DNA from: Myxococcota bacterium | GTDB lineage: Bacteria; Myxococcota_A; Polyangia; Nannocystales; Nannocystaceae | DNA: 64,000 nucleotides | Reading direction: 5' to 3' | Assembly: GCA_039194325.1 (NCBI GenBank) | Contig: JBCCWC010000007.1 | Coordinates: 1 to 64,000 of the forward strand | Shown here: positions 26,977 to 36,593 of the stretch, in pieces | Position numbering within the stretch: the first letter of the stretch is position 1 | Layout of the letters: the number at the start of each line of letters is the position of its first letter | The notes under the pieces: model-generated | The model's database searches: none | The model's input: only the letters and a program-made list of their open reading frames with translations | What the model was told of the DNA's origin: nothing | Program-made: the position numbers and the translations under genes

Positions 26977-28974
26977 ATGAACGACGCCAGCACTTGGACG
27001 GACACACTGATCGTCGGCTTTGGCCTGACCGCAATTCCCCTAATCCGCGAACTGGACCGCGAAGGCCGTGACTACACCGTCGTCTCCTCGGGAAAGAGCG
27101 TCTGGGAGAGGCTCGAAGACGCGAATCGGCTCGATTTCGACCTGGTCAGCAGCTACATGTCTAGTGTCTATAGTTTCGAACAAATCGAGAGCCAGCATGT
27201 GACATCACGGTATCCAACCGCCAGGGAATTCCACGACGTCATCGCAAAGTATAAGAAAATCCTCGGGCGCAAAGTCGTCGACGATCTCGTGACGAAGATC
27301 GAGAACCACCCGGAGCACTCTGTGGTCACGACCCGGTCGGGCCGGGTGTATCGCACGAAGAACCTGGTCTTGGCCACGGCATTCAAGCGCAAGATCGACC
27401 ACACCACCTTCGGCTTCGACTTCAACAACACCCGGGGCAAGACCGTCGTGCTGACCCACATGGGAGACTCGTCCAACCTCTACGTCTCCAAGCTGGTGCC
27501 GCGGGGCAACCGCGTCATCTTGCTCAACAACGGCTTCTTTTGCCTGGACAAGATGATCTTCCACCGCGGGATCGCCTATGCCCTCGACGACGTGGAGATG
27601 CACAACATCAGCCAGCTCTCCGGATACCTCTACAAGATGGCCCTGCCGCAGGGACAGCTGGCCACCGCCGGCATGCCGAAGATCTGTGGCCCCTTCTTTG
27701 GCTCTAATTTCCTGATCAAGCACCCCCACGCGTCCCGCAACCTCGATCTTACCCCGTCCCTCGACGTGTCGCGGGGGAGCCCCTTCACCCCTACGATCCC
27801 CAACGGGATCAAGGTCATCAAGTATTGGCCGATCGACACCTACAAGAAGCTCTTCGACCGCTCGCTCGAAGAGTCCATCGCACGAGGCTTCTTGCTCAAC
27901 GACATCACCTACTTCGTCGAGCAGGGCTTGGTGGAGCTGTGGCCCTACCAAGAGGCATCCCTGGATCGCGAGAGCGCGGTGGTCAAGTGGAAGGATCAAG
28001 TCGTCGAGTATGATCACATCATCGACGGCGACCAGGAGGTCCCCAACCTCCCAGAGATCATCATCAAGCGGCCCGGCCGGCCCGACCATCGTTATCAATA
28101 TTACTACCGCGATTGCTTCATGGGGATCCTCCCCCGAGATCTCCAGAACATCTTCCTGCTCGGCTACACCCGGCCCATGACCGGAGGCCTCAACAACATC
28201 ACCGAGATGCAGTGCCTGTTCACCCACAAGATGATCGTGGACGAGCCCTTCCGTGCGGAGATGACCCGAGATCTCGACGCCAAGATCGACGCATACAACC
28301 AAGAGCACCACGTCAGCCGAGTCCGGGTAGGCGCCGACAACGTGGTGTTCTACGGGCAGTACACGGAACAGCTCGCCCGGCTGATGGGGATCCACCCCCG
28401 GCTCTCGGACTGTCGCAGCCTGGAGGATCTCTCTATCTACTACTTCTTCCCGAACGCCGCGTGTAAGTACCGACAAAGCGGGCCCTACCAGATCGAGGGA
28501 ATGTCCGAGCTGGTCCGCAAGGTCCACGCCGAGCACCAGGGGTACGCCATCTCGAAGGTCCAGCTGCTCAACTTCTGCCTGACGCTCGTCACCTCGGTGC
28601 TCGCGCTGGTCTTGCTCTACCTGACCCAGCTCATCCCCTTGCCCTTCGCGGTGCTCGTGCTGCTGCTGACCGCGCTCGTCTTCAGCCCGGTGCTGTCCCT
28701 GGTCAACGCCAACTCCAGCGGGATCGCCAACCGCACGAACCTGCTCATGCTCGCGGGCCTGGGGCTCACCCTCCTGCTGCGCAGCCCGCTGGTGCCGCTG
28801 GCCACCCTGGCGATCAACTTCCTCGCCGTCTATATCGGCCGCAAGCGGGGCACGACCCGGGGCTGGTTCAACGACATGAGGTACAAGGACAAGCCAGAGT
28901 TCCGGGACTTCTACGCGCGCTACCAGGCGGCGTTCGACGCCGTCTACGGCAACCCCGAGCAAAGCCGCGGGTAG
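26977..28974 (+). CDS. AetF/JamD-like single-component flavin-dependent halogenase with C-terminal transmembrane insertion
   Basis: IVGFGLTAIPLIREL, SVWERL..RLDFDLVSS, YPTAREF, VTKIEN, MGDSSNL, PNG..VIKYWPID, GFLLNDI, LGYTRPMTGGLNNITEMQ, FPNAACKYR and FNDMR follow, in order, the motifs I recall for cyanobacterial AetF. Confidence 0.82.
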   Translation: MNDASTWTDTLIVGFGLTAIPLIRELDREGRDYTVVSSGKSVWERLEDANRLDFDLVSSYMSSVYSFEQIESQHVTSRYPTAREFHDVIAKYKKILGRKVVDDLVTKIENHPEHSVVTTRSGRVYRTKNLVLATAFKRKIDHTTFGFDFNNTRGKTVVLTHMGDSSNLYVSKLVPRGNRVILLNNGFFCLDKMIFHRGIAYALDDVEMHNISQLSGYLYKMALPQGQLATAGMPKICGPFFGSNFLIKHPHASRNLDLTPSLDVSRGSPFTPTIPNGIKVIKYWPIDTYKKLFDRSLEESIARGFLLNDITYFVEQGLVELWPYQEASLDRESAVVKWKDQVVEYDHIIDGDQEVPNLPEIIIKRPGRPDHRYQYYYRDCFMGILPRDLQNIFLLGYTRPMTGGLNNITEMQCLFTHKMIVDEPFRAEMTRDLDAKIDAYNQEHHVSRVRVGADNVVFYGQYTEQLARLMGIHPRLSDCRSLEDLSIYYFFPNAACKYRQSGPYQIEGMSELVRKVHAEHQGYAISKVQLLNFCLTLVTSVLALVLLYLTQLIPLPFAVLVLLLTALVFSPVLSLVNANSSGIANRTNLLMLAGLGLTLLLRSPLVPLATLAINFLAVYIGRKRGTTRGWFNDMRYKDKPEFRDFYARYQAAFDAVYGNPEQSRG

Positions 28975-29029
28975 CCGCCTCGACTCACCCAGCACCCAGA
29001 CGGCGCTCGAGTACCGACGACTACCGCGC

Positions 29030-29812
29030 TTAGGAGGGGATCCGCCACGTTTCAGCGAGCGCCTCGGACAAACCTGGGCACGCTTCGAGACACTCGACGG
29101 TCGCGTGGAAGGACTGCCCGAGCTCGTCGAGTGTCTTGGCCAGCTGCGAAGTCAACGCCTTGGCGAGTTCCTCGTTCATCGTGCTCCCTACACACAGCTG
29201 CTCCTTCGGCTTGATGACCTCCTCGAGTAAGGCGCGGTCGTTTTCCCACTCGTCGATGAGGGCGAAGTGCCGTCCGCAGCGTCGTCGACATGCATCACGA
29301 ACGAGATCGAGGTTTTGGTAGAGCCACGCCTCGATGCTGTAGTAGGGCGTGATGGGGCAGATGCGCCGCAGCCGAGCATCTACATCCGTCTCTTTGCTCG
29401 GCAAGCCTCGTGTCTCGAGATTCGCCGCAACCTCCTTGCGCAACCCCAACACGAACGACTCGAACTTGCGTGCATTCTCGGACCGCTTGCGCTTGGTCCA
29501 TGGACAATCCCCGTCGAAATGAAAGAATACATAGCCTGGAACCCCCTCTTCGAGGATCTTCGTGGCAAGCGTCCGCCGTAGGTTCCTGATTGCCCGTTGA
29601 TCCCGCGGACGGGGAGACTTCCAAGATTTCCAGAGGTTTGCCCTGACTCCCAGACGTGTGCTCTGTTCGGCGGGTTGAAACTCGACCCTTTGGGTCTGCG
29701 CTGATGGCTCCACCAATCGGAGCATCCGCGACACGAGCCTGCTCAGGGTACGATGAGCATGCGTGGATCCATCCTCGGTGAGCACGAGGATCGACAGCGC
29801 GTGTCTCACCAC
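29030..29812 (-). CDS. TOPRIM-like/DUF4276-like partner of the ATPase
   Basis: ILVLTED (TOPRIM Glu strand), FFHFDGD (DxD), YSIEAWL, KPKE; overlaps the ATPase stop (GTGA). Confidence 0.7.
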   Translation of the reverse strand: MVRHALSILVLTEDGSTHAHRTLSRLVSRMLRLVEPSAQTQRVEFQPAEQSTRLGVRANLWKSWKSPRPRDQRAIRNLRRTLATKILEEGVPGYVFFHFDGDCPWTKRKRSENARKFESFVLGLRKEVAANLETRGLPSKETDVDARLRRICPITPYYSIEAWLYQNLDLVRDACRRRCGRHFALIDEWENDRALLEEVIKPKEQLCVGSTMNEELAKALTSQLAKTLDELGQSFHATVECLEACPGLSEALAETWRIPS

Positions 29813-31158
29813 AGCCCCCTGGTCTCGAGGATCTCGCTGACATGCTGAATACCGACCTCGTACGCGCGGAAGAAGGCATCGGCATCATCGGAGCTCATAT
29901 TGCGCCACGACCAATTGCCTTGCTCATCGCGATCGCAGAGCACGAATCGCCGCTGAACTTCCGCTGCCGACGAGAAGGGGAGGTGATCGATGAGCAGCGG
30001 ATTCTGGCTGGTCAGGAACGCTTGCCCTCGGATGGAATCGAGGCACGCCTGGATCCACTCGTAATGCAAGCCGTTGACCAGCTCGTCAGCCACGAGGATG
30101 TCCGGGTTGGCTGCGGCATGATACAAAAACGCGAGCAGACGCTTCTCACCGTAGCTGAGGCGTTCGTGCGTGAAGGTCGAACCCTGATGCGTAGTAATCC
30201 AAAACGCAGGCCTACCGAACGCCGAGTAGGCGCCGCCATGACCTCTTTGCTCACTGTGCATCAACCTCATCCTCAGCCTCAGTTCTTTGACTCGGAGGAG
30301 ATCGATAGCAGTGGAGATGAACTCCAATTGCTCCGCATCGAAATCGATCTCCATGCGCCCCTGAAGCTGATCCATCTGAGGCGAGGCAACATCGATAACC
30401 GAGGGCGGGATATACGTTGTATGGCTGAGGATTTCGAGGGCCTTTGTTCGATCCGCCTTATTGTCTGGACTGAGTTTAAGTCCTTCGCTTGGCACATAGA
30501 GCAACATAGGAATGCCAAGGCCAGGCAGAGGCTCATGCCCAGTAATGCACCGAAAAATGTCAAGCCCTTCATCCAAACGCAAACAATTGCCTAAGATGAT
30601 TAACTGACTGCTAATACTAGACCATATACGGCGTTTTCGCTCAGCGGCATAGGAGGGCGCGAGAGCTCCACCTACATAGAACTGCAAATCGAAAGGAGAA
30701 AACTGTTCGCCGTTAGCACGGGCAGATTCTACACTTGTGGCAAAGATCTTCTCACCGGCGTCTTCAACTCGAACACGATAATACCAAGAAGGCTTCGTCA
30801 CCCCCTTCGGCGACTTAGAATTCGACAGTGAAGATCGAACCTCCACCATCCACGACAAACCACCGAACAGCAAGTCGAACTCGATGTCGAACTCATGTCG
30901 CTCGTACGCCCGCAGATCACCGCGGACCACCGCGGCAATCAGCTCCAACAGCGTTGTCTTGCCTGTCCCATTGCGCCCGAGCAGTATGTTGACCCCCTCG
31001 TCGAAGTACAGCTCAGTCCCGGACACCACGTTGCGAAACCGGTTGATCTTGAGTCGGATCAGGCGCCCTCGCTGTTCGACCGCCGGCACCACCAAAGGCC
31101 CTGACTCGGCAGCGGCCCCCCCCCGTTCACCGCGTTGCTGAGCCTCGTCTGTCGCCAT
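29806..31158 (-). CDS. ABC/SMC-like AAA ATPase (AAA_21/AbiEii-like)
   Basis: INRFRN; Walker A GRNGTGKT; signature LSYGEKR; Walker B ILVADELVNGLH; TSQNP; visibly AT-richer core. Confidence 0.85.
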   Translation of the reverse strand: MATDEAQQRGERGGAAAESGPLVVPAVEQRGRLIRLKINRFRNVVSGTELYFDEGVNILLGRNGTGKTTLLELIAAVVRGDLRAYERHEFDIEFDLLFGGLSWMVEVRSSLSNSKSPKGVTKPSWYYRVRVEDAGEKIFATSVESARANGEQFSPFDLQFYVGGALAPSYAAERKRRIWSSISSQLIILGNCLRLDEGLDIFRCITGHEPLPGLGIPMLLYVPSEGLKLSPDNKADRTKALEILSHTTYIPPSVIDVASPQMDQLQGRMEIDFDAEQLEFISTAIDLLRVKELRLRMRLMHSEQRGHGGAYSAFGRPAFWITTHQGSTFTHERLSYGEKRLLAFLYHAAANPDILVADELVNGLHYEWIQACLDSIRGQAFLTSQNPLLIDHLPFSSAAEVQRRFVLCDRDEQGNWSWRNMSSDDADAFFRAYEVGIQHVSEILETRGLW

Positions 31159-31218
31159 TTCTCCCCAAGATCGTTGTTACCATGGCTCCCTGGGACTGCC
31201 TAGATGGACCTCGGTGGT

Positions 31219-31313
31219 CCATCCCCCATCCCCCATCCACCATCCCCCATCCACCATCCCCCATCCACCATCCCCCATCCCCCATCCCCCATCCCCCATC
31301 CCCCATCCCCCAT
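31219..31313. repeat. 7-bp microsatellite (CCATCC[C/A])x13
   Basis: 13 full copies at 31219-31309 plus a partial CCAT. Confidence 0.97.
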
Positions 31314-31392
31314 GGTCACGCTGCGGTCGTGCTGCTCACCGCGCCCGAGACGTAGATCGCATCGAACGAGCTCCGGCAACACGACGATCTCG

Positions 31393-32112
31393 CTACGAGG
31401 AGAAGCAGCGCGCGAGCATGCGCTCGCAGTAGCGACCCAGTCGGGGCAACCCGTGGAAATGCTCCCACACCTCGCTGTCGACGGGGATCCACTTGGTCAG
31501 CGCCATGAAGGCAAACACACAAGCGTCGATCTCGAAGGGCTCCTCGCCAAAGAAGTAGGGGTCGTCACCCAGCAGCTCGTCGACCGCGTCGAGCACGGTC
31601 ACCCCCATCTGCACGATCTGCTCGTGGCTGTGACGACCCATCCCGCGGGCGATCAATTGCTTGCGGAGCGCACGGCGAGCCAGCGTGCGGATCAACACCC
31701 GAACTCCGGGCGGAAAGGAATCGAAGAACTTGAAGCCCTCCTTCCAGCCGCCTTCGTAGACGAACAGCTCGTGCTCCCAGATCTGATGGTAGTGGTCCTC
31801 GAGCATCAGCCGGGTGGCGGTGGCGATCGCCTGCCGCTCGGCGCCGAGCTCGTCCCCGGGCACCCCGTGCTCGCGCTTGATCGCGGTGATGATGTGCTCG
31901 GAGTCGGGGACCATCTCGCCGCCGACCACCGCCCAGGGACACTTGCCCTTCGGACCCTTGCTGGGGTCGTTCTCCACGCGGATCCGATAGGGCAGGTCAC
32001 GCAGGCGCATCCAGGTGAGGACCTTGAGCCCGAAGGGCGTGCACGTAGGCACGGGGATCCCCCATGCCGGGCCAAAGGTGTAGATGTCGATGGGTTGCAG
32101 GATCGTGGTCAT
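31393..32112 (-). CDS. glutathione S-transferase-like protein (metaxin/FAX type)
   Basis: TPFGLKVLTW, GPKGKCPW, DSEHI, RLMLEDH, YFFGEEP..ID; translationally coupled to the upstream kinase (ATGA). Confidence 0.85.
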   Translation of the reverse strand: MTTILQPIDIYTFGPAWGIPVPTCTPFGLKVLTWMRLRDLPYRIRVENDPSKGPKGKCPWAVVGGEMVPDSEHIITAIKREHGVPGDELGAERQAIATATRLMLEDHYHQIWEHELFVYEGGWKEGFKFFDSFPPGVRVLIRTLARRALRKQLIARGMGRHSHEQIVQMGVTVLDAVDELLGDDPYFFGEEPFEIDACVFAFMALTKWIPVDSEVWEHFHGLPRLGRYCERMLARCFSS

Positions 32113-35100
32113 CGAGTTTGCTCGGCCCAGTCCTTGGCATGGCGGAGTATGGCGACGTTCTCGGGCACGCGATCGAGGAAGCTCTGTCGTGCATCATCGG
32201 CGCCGAGGGTGTCTGCTCTCGCGAGCAGATCCTCCTTGGCTTCTTGGATCGATGCAAGCGCTTCCTCGATCCGACCCGCGCCCCATAGAGCCTCGGCATA
32301 CGCCAGCCGCGTCAGAGATTCCCCCTCCTGGACCAGGTCGAGCTTGTGGAGCTGCTCGTACGCCTGGCGCGCCACCGTCAACGCTTCGTCGTTTCGGTCG
32401 AGACGCAAGAGGACCTGCGCCAAAGTCGCCAGCGCGATGATCTTGGAGCCCGACTCTTTGTCCAAAAGACGCACGCCCTTGCGCGCGTGCTTGCCTGCCT
32501 CGATGAGGTTGCCGTCCCCCATCGCGATGCGAGCAATGAAGGAGTGAGTCAGGCCCATCATGCGGCGGTTATCGTGGGCCTCGAACGCTTCGAGCGCGCT
32601 CTGCTCCAGCGCGCGCCCCTCCTCGATCCGACCGGCCTCCGCGATCCGACGCCCCAGGTTGTGCTTGGCCACCGCATTGGTATGGGCGAGCCCGACCCCC
32701 TCGGTAATGCGGATGATCTCCATCAGCAGCTCTTCGCCGCGCGCGAGCATGCCCAGCTCGAGGTACAAGAAGCCCGCCCCGGCCTGGTGCCCCCACGCGT
32801 TGGTGAGGCTGCCCGCCGACTCGAACTCCCGCGCCGCCGTCTCCATCTCATAGAGCGCCGTCGCCAGCTCGCCGGTGCAGATCCCTCGCAGGCCGCGGGC
32901 CGAGTGAAAGGGTCCGCGGGCGTCGGGGTTGCGCTCGGCCACCGAGTAGAGCGCTCGCTCGACCGAGTCGAGCAGGGCCACCGACATCTCCCCGTGGCCC
33001 GCCGCCGCCAGCGGCACCGCGGCCGCGATGAGGCCCAGCAGCTCCACGCCCCCGCCCATCAATACGGGGTCGATGTCGTCGATGCGGGTGATCACCTCGA
33101 GCACGCGCTCATGGTAGCCCGCGCGCGCGCTGGCCAGGCTCGCCTCGCCGGCGGCGGCCAGCCAGCTCGGGGAGGTCTCGGGGAGCTCGTCCATCGCCTC
33201 GAAGGCCGAGTCGGAGGCCTCGGCATGCCGCCCCGACAGCGCCTCCACCTGAGCCCGCAGCAGCACCAGGTTGCCGCGATCCTCTCCTCGCGCCGCGCAG
33301 CCCAGCCCTTGCTCGGTGATCTCCAGCACCGCCTCGAACTCGTTGCGGGCAAAAGCCTGCCGGGCCGCCTCGCAGTAGCACCGAGCCGCCGCCTCGGCGT
33401 CGCCCCCCAGGCGGTGGTGCTCGGCCAGGATGTAGCTGTTGCTCTCGCCGTGGGCCCCCAGCCAGTGAGCGACCGTGCGGTGGGCCGCCCGCCGGTCGTC
33501 CGTGGTGAGCATCCCGTAGGCCGCCTCCTGCATCGACAGGTGGTGGAACTCGTACTCCTCCTGGCCCGGGAACCGCGACGAGGACCGACGGACCACGAGC
33601 TCTTGGGCGATCAGCTCGTCGAGCCACTCGCGGACCAGGGCCGCGCTCGACCCCTCGCGTCGCAGGGCCACCACGCCCTCGAGCCAGAACACCTGGCCGA
33701 ACACGCTGGCCGCCCGCAGGATCTGGCGGGCGTCGAATCCCAGGCTCAGCAGCCTCGACTGCATCATCGCCGCGATCGTGTCCTCGACGTGCTCGCTGCC
33801 GCTTTGGCCCACGGCCCGGGCCAGCTCCTCCAGGTGCAGGGGGTTGCCCCCGGAGCGACGGGTCAGGCGCTTGACCAGGCCCGGGTTGACCTGCTCGCCC
33901 AGCACCTCGCGCAAGAACGCCGCGCAGACCTCGTCGCTCAGGCGTCGCAGCTCGACCCGCACGAAGCGGGAGCTCGTCTCCGGCGACGACCAGATCGTGG
34001 CCCCGGGCCGGGCCAGGGCCACCAGCATCAGCGCCTGGCTGCTGCGCGAGCGCAGCACGTTGTCGCAGTAGCGCATCGAGGCCAGGTCGCCCCACTGGCA
34101 ATCGTCGAGCACGATCACCAGGGGCCGGTGGGTGCTGACGGCCGCCACCAGGTCTTCCCACGCCTTGCGGGTCTGCTCCGCCATGAACTGTGGATCCTGG
34201 CGGGCGACCAGCAGCGGCAGGCAAAAGTCCGAGTGGTAGGGCGTGCGGCAGATCTCCCCGATGAATGCCTCGACCCGAGCCAGCTGGGGGCCGCTGAAGT
34301 ACTCGGAGAGGCAGCGGTGCAGCTTGTCGCGCCGCACCTTCTCGCTCTCTCCGGTGACGATCCCGGCCATGTCGTTGATCACCTGAGTCAGCAGCGCGAA
34401 GGGTGACCCCGCGCTCACCGGATCACCTCGCGCCACCCACACCTGCGGTGAGTTGGCCCCGGTCTCCAGCCCGCTGACGAACTCTTGGGCCAGGCGAGAC
34501 TTGCCCATGCCCGCCTCCGCCTGCAGCAGCACCGCGCGCGGCTCTCGGACCGCCACTGCGTCGAGGTACTCAAGCAGCATCCGCTCCACCTGCGGCCCCC
34601 GCCCCAGCCAGGGACTCGGCCGCCCCAGCAGCAGGCGCCCGCCGGCAAGCTCCCGGCGAGCCCGCAGCAGCCGACACAGCCGTCGGCCCCGCTCGATGTC
34701 GAAGCGCACATCGAAGAGGTTGGCCGAGCGGGGATCGATGAGGATCGGACGATCCCGCGGCGTGGGGTCCGGCGCTTGTTGGTCTTTGGCCTCTCGGTCT
34801 GCGGCGAGCAGCAGGCGCCCCGCCGCCGCCACCAGCGTGCGCTCGGTCTGCGGGGGCATCTGCCCCAGCACCAGCGCCAGATCGGCGTTGGGACACACGC
34901 GGCGCACCTCCAGGGCACACAGCGCCGCCCGCAGGGTGTGGTCCCCCTCGGACACCCGCCCCTCGAGCATGATGACCAGCCCGCGCTCGTCGAAGGCCCG
35001 CAGCTGCGCCCCGAAGCGCGACAGGACGTCGGTGATCGACTCCTGATCGGGGTTGCTGTCCTCGTCGAAGCGCACCCGAATGACCGCGACCAGCTGCTGC

Positions 35101-36062
35101 TCCTTGGCCGACAGCACCGACGAGCCCCCCGAGTCCACGCGCAGCGCCACCGCTTGCAACGCCGACGCCACCACCCCGCCGTGCATCGGACGCTGGGTGC
35201 GATCGGTGGAGAGCATGCGCGCCAGCAGCTCGTCGAGCTCGGCAGGCACGCTCAGCCCCATCGCGCTGCTGTCGACCGCCTGCCCCTTGCCTTCGATCAC
35301 CGTCGCCGTCTCCAGCTCGTCGCCCGCCTGCGCCATGGCCTTGGAATCGGGCGACAGGCAGCGCGAGAGCATCAGCCCCAGCGAGTACACATCGGCCCGG
35401 GCGTCGATCTGCGCACGCTCCAAGTGGAGCTCAGGGGCCATGTAGCCGGGTGTGCCGCCCGGTACCACGACATACTGCGTGAACTGGGCAATGCCAAAGT
35501 CGGCGATCTTGGCCTGACCGACGTCACCATCGGGTAAGAGGATGTTGCTGGGCTTGATGTCCCGGTGCACCACCCCCACCCGATGCGCCGCCCCCAGCCC
35601 CTCGGCCAGGCGCGAGCCCAACCTCAGGGTATCCTGGATGGATAGAGGTCCGCGCCGCAGCTTCGTCTTGAGGTCCTCGCCCTCGACCCACTCCATCGCC
35701 AGGTAGGGCTCACCGGTTCGGGTGCGACCGTGGCATACGTACTTCACGATCGACGGGTGGCGTAGGTTGGCCAGCAGCTCCGCTTCACGCTGGAAGCTGT
35801 CGAGTAATTGCTGGGTGTCCAATGACGTCCCCGACTCGTAGTTCGGCGCGAGACCACCTCGGATCACCTTGAGCGCGACCGAGCGCTCGCCGTCCTTGCG
35901 ATCGGTCGCCTGGTACACGCTGCCCATGCCCCCGGAATCGACCAGGGTACCGACCTCGAAGCGGTCAGCGACGATCGTTCCAGGTTCGAGGATCGTCCCA
36001 ACCGGCGTGAGCTGTCTGGGTCGTTGACTCCGCACGTCCCGCGTACTTCCCCGCGCAGCCAT
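32109..36062 (-). CDS. multidomain Ser/Thr kinase - P-loop NTPase (AAA_16/STAND-like) - TPR protein
   Basis: GGMGSVY, VALK, HRDIKPSN, DFG, GTPGYMAPE; AEAGMGKS; IVLDDCQWGD; SGGNPL; C-terminal helical repeats. Confidence 0.9.
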   Translation of the reverse strand: MAARGSTRDVRSQRPRQLTPVGTILEPGTIVADRFEVGTLVDSGGMGSVYQATDRKDGERSVALKVIRGGLAPNYESGTSLDTQQLLDSFQREAELLANLRHPSIVKYVCHGRTRTGEPYLAMEWVEGEDLKTKLRRGPLSIQDTLRLGSRLAEGLGAAHRVGVVHRDIKPSNILLPDGDVGQAKIADFGIAQFTQYVVVPGGTPGYMAPELHLERAQIDARADVYSLGLMLSRCLSPDSKAMAQAGDELETATVIEGKGQAVDSSAMGLSVPAELDELLARMLSTDRTQRPMHGGVVASALQAVALRVDSGGSSVLSAKEQQLVAVIRVRFDEDSNPDQESITDVLSRFGAQLRAFDERGLVIMLEGRVSEGDHTLRAALCALEVRRVCPNADLALVLGQMPPQTERTLVAAAGRLLLAADREAKDQQAPDPTPRDRPILIDPRSANLFDVRFDIERGRRLCRLLRARRELAGGRLLLGRPSPWLGRGPQVERMLLEYLDAVAVREPRAVLLQAEAGMGKSRLAQEFVSGLETGANSPQVWVARGDPVSAGSPFALLTQVINDMAGIVTGESEKVRRDKLHRCLSEYFSGPQLARVEAFIGEICRTPYHSDFCLPLLVARQDPQFMAEQTRKAWEDLVAAVSTHRPLVIVLDDCQWGDLASMRYCDNVLRSRSSQALMLVALARPGATIWSSPETSSRFVRVELRRLSDEVCAAFLREVLGEQVNPGLVKRLTRRSGGNPLHLEELARAVGQSGSEHVEDTIAAMMQSRLLSLGFDARQILRAASVFGQVFWLEGVVALRREGSSAALVREWLDELIAQELVVRRSSSRFPGQEEYEFHHLSMQEAAYGMLTTDDRRAAHRTVAHWLGAHGESNSYILAEHHRLGGDAEAAARCYCEAARQAFARNEFEAVLEITEQGLGCAARGEDRGNLVLLRAQVEALSGRHAEASDSAFEAMDELPETSPSWLAAAGEASLASARAGYHERVLEVITRIDDIDPVLMGGGVELLGLIAAAVPLAAAGHGEMSVALLDSVERALYSVAERNPDARGPFHSARGLRGICTGELATALYEMETAAREFESAGSLTNAWGHQAGAGFLYLELGMLARGEELLMEIIRITEGVGLAHTNAVAKHNLGRRIAEAGRIEEGRALEQSALEAFEAHDNRRMMGLTHSFIARIAMGDGNLIEAGKHARKGVRLLDKESGSKIIALATLAQVLLRLDRNDEALTVARQAYEQLHKLDLVQEGESLTRLAYAEALWGAGRIEEALASIQEAKEDLLARADTLGADDARQSFLDRVPENVAILRHAKDWAEQTR

Positions 36063-36593
36063 CTACGCGGGCACCTCGACGGTGCGTTTCGTTGCGAGTG
36101 TATCAACGGGGCGTGTTCGTTGCGGCGGACTACATCGACCACCAACCGATCCTCAACCGACCGGGTGCGATCCGGGCCACCCCATACACGTGACCCATTG
36201 TGGACCGTCGGCGGCGGCCCATTTCGGGGTGCATCACCGATGTTATTGCCGAAACGGTCGAACCGTCGTTGGGCATCATCGTTGGGCATCATCCAGCATG
36301 TACGGCATTCCCGGACATCTTCTCGAGAACCCCGCCAAGAACGATCGCCAGGCCCGCTCGTGGGGACGACCGACAGTGCTTTGACGATCGAGTCGCATGC
36401 CCGACTGGGCATCGGGATCGACCTGACCGAGGTCGTCGAGCCCGACCAGCGCCCCGCACTCCACCGTAGTGCGCCGGTCATTGCGGGCGCGCAGCGGGTG
36501 CGTGTCCAGGAATACCCGATCATGCCCGCTGCGCTCAGCGAACGCCGCGGCGATCTCCCGCGAGGGCGGCAAGCGAACGTACGTTGCGGGCCG

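Noticed and set aside
27205..28995. Long antisense ORFs (also 32346-34406, 39512-40753, 36024-37457, 63105-63956 and others)
   Set aside because: These are typical stop-poor shadow frames of high-GC genes; the opposite strand carries the recognisable motifs.
31204..32547. ORF beginning with PSPIPHP repeats
   Set aside because: It is the translation of the heptamer microsatellite fused to the antisense of the GST gene.
36070..36590. Short ORFs between the SGNH gene and the large kinase
   Set aside because: No recognisable motifs or consistent codon bias in any frame.
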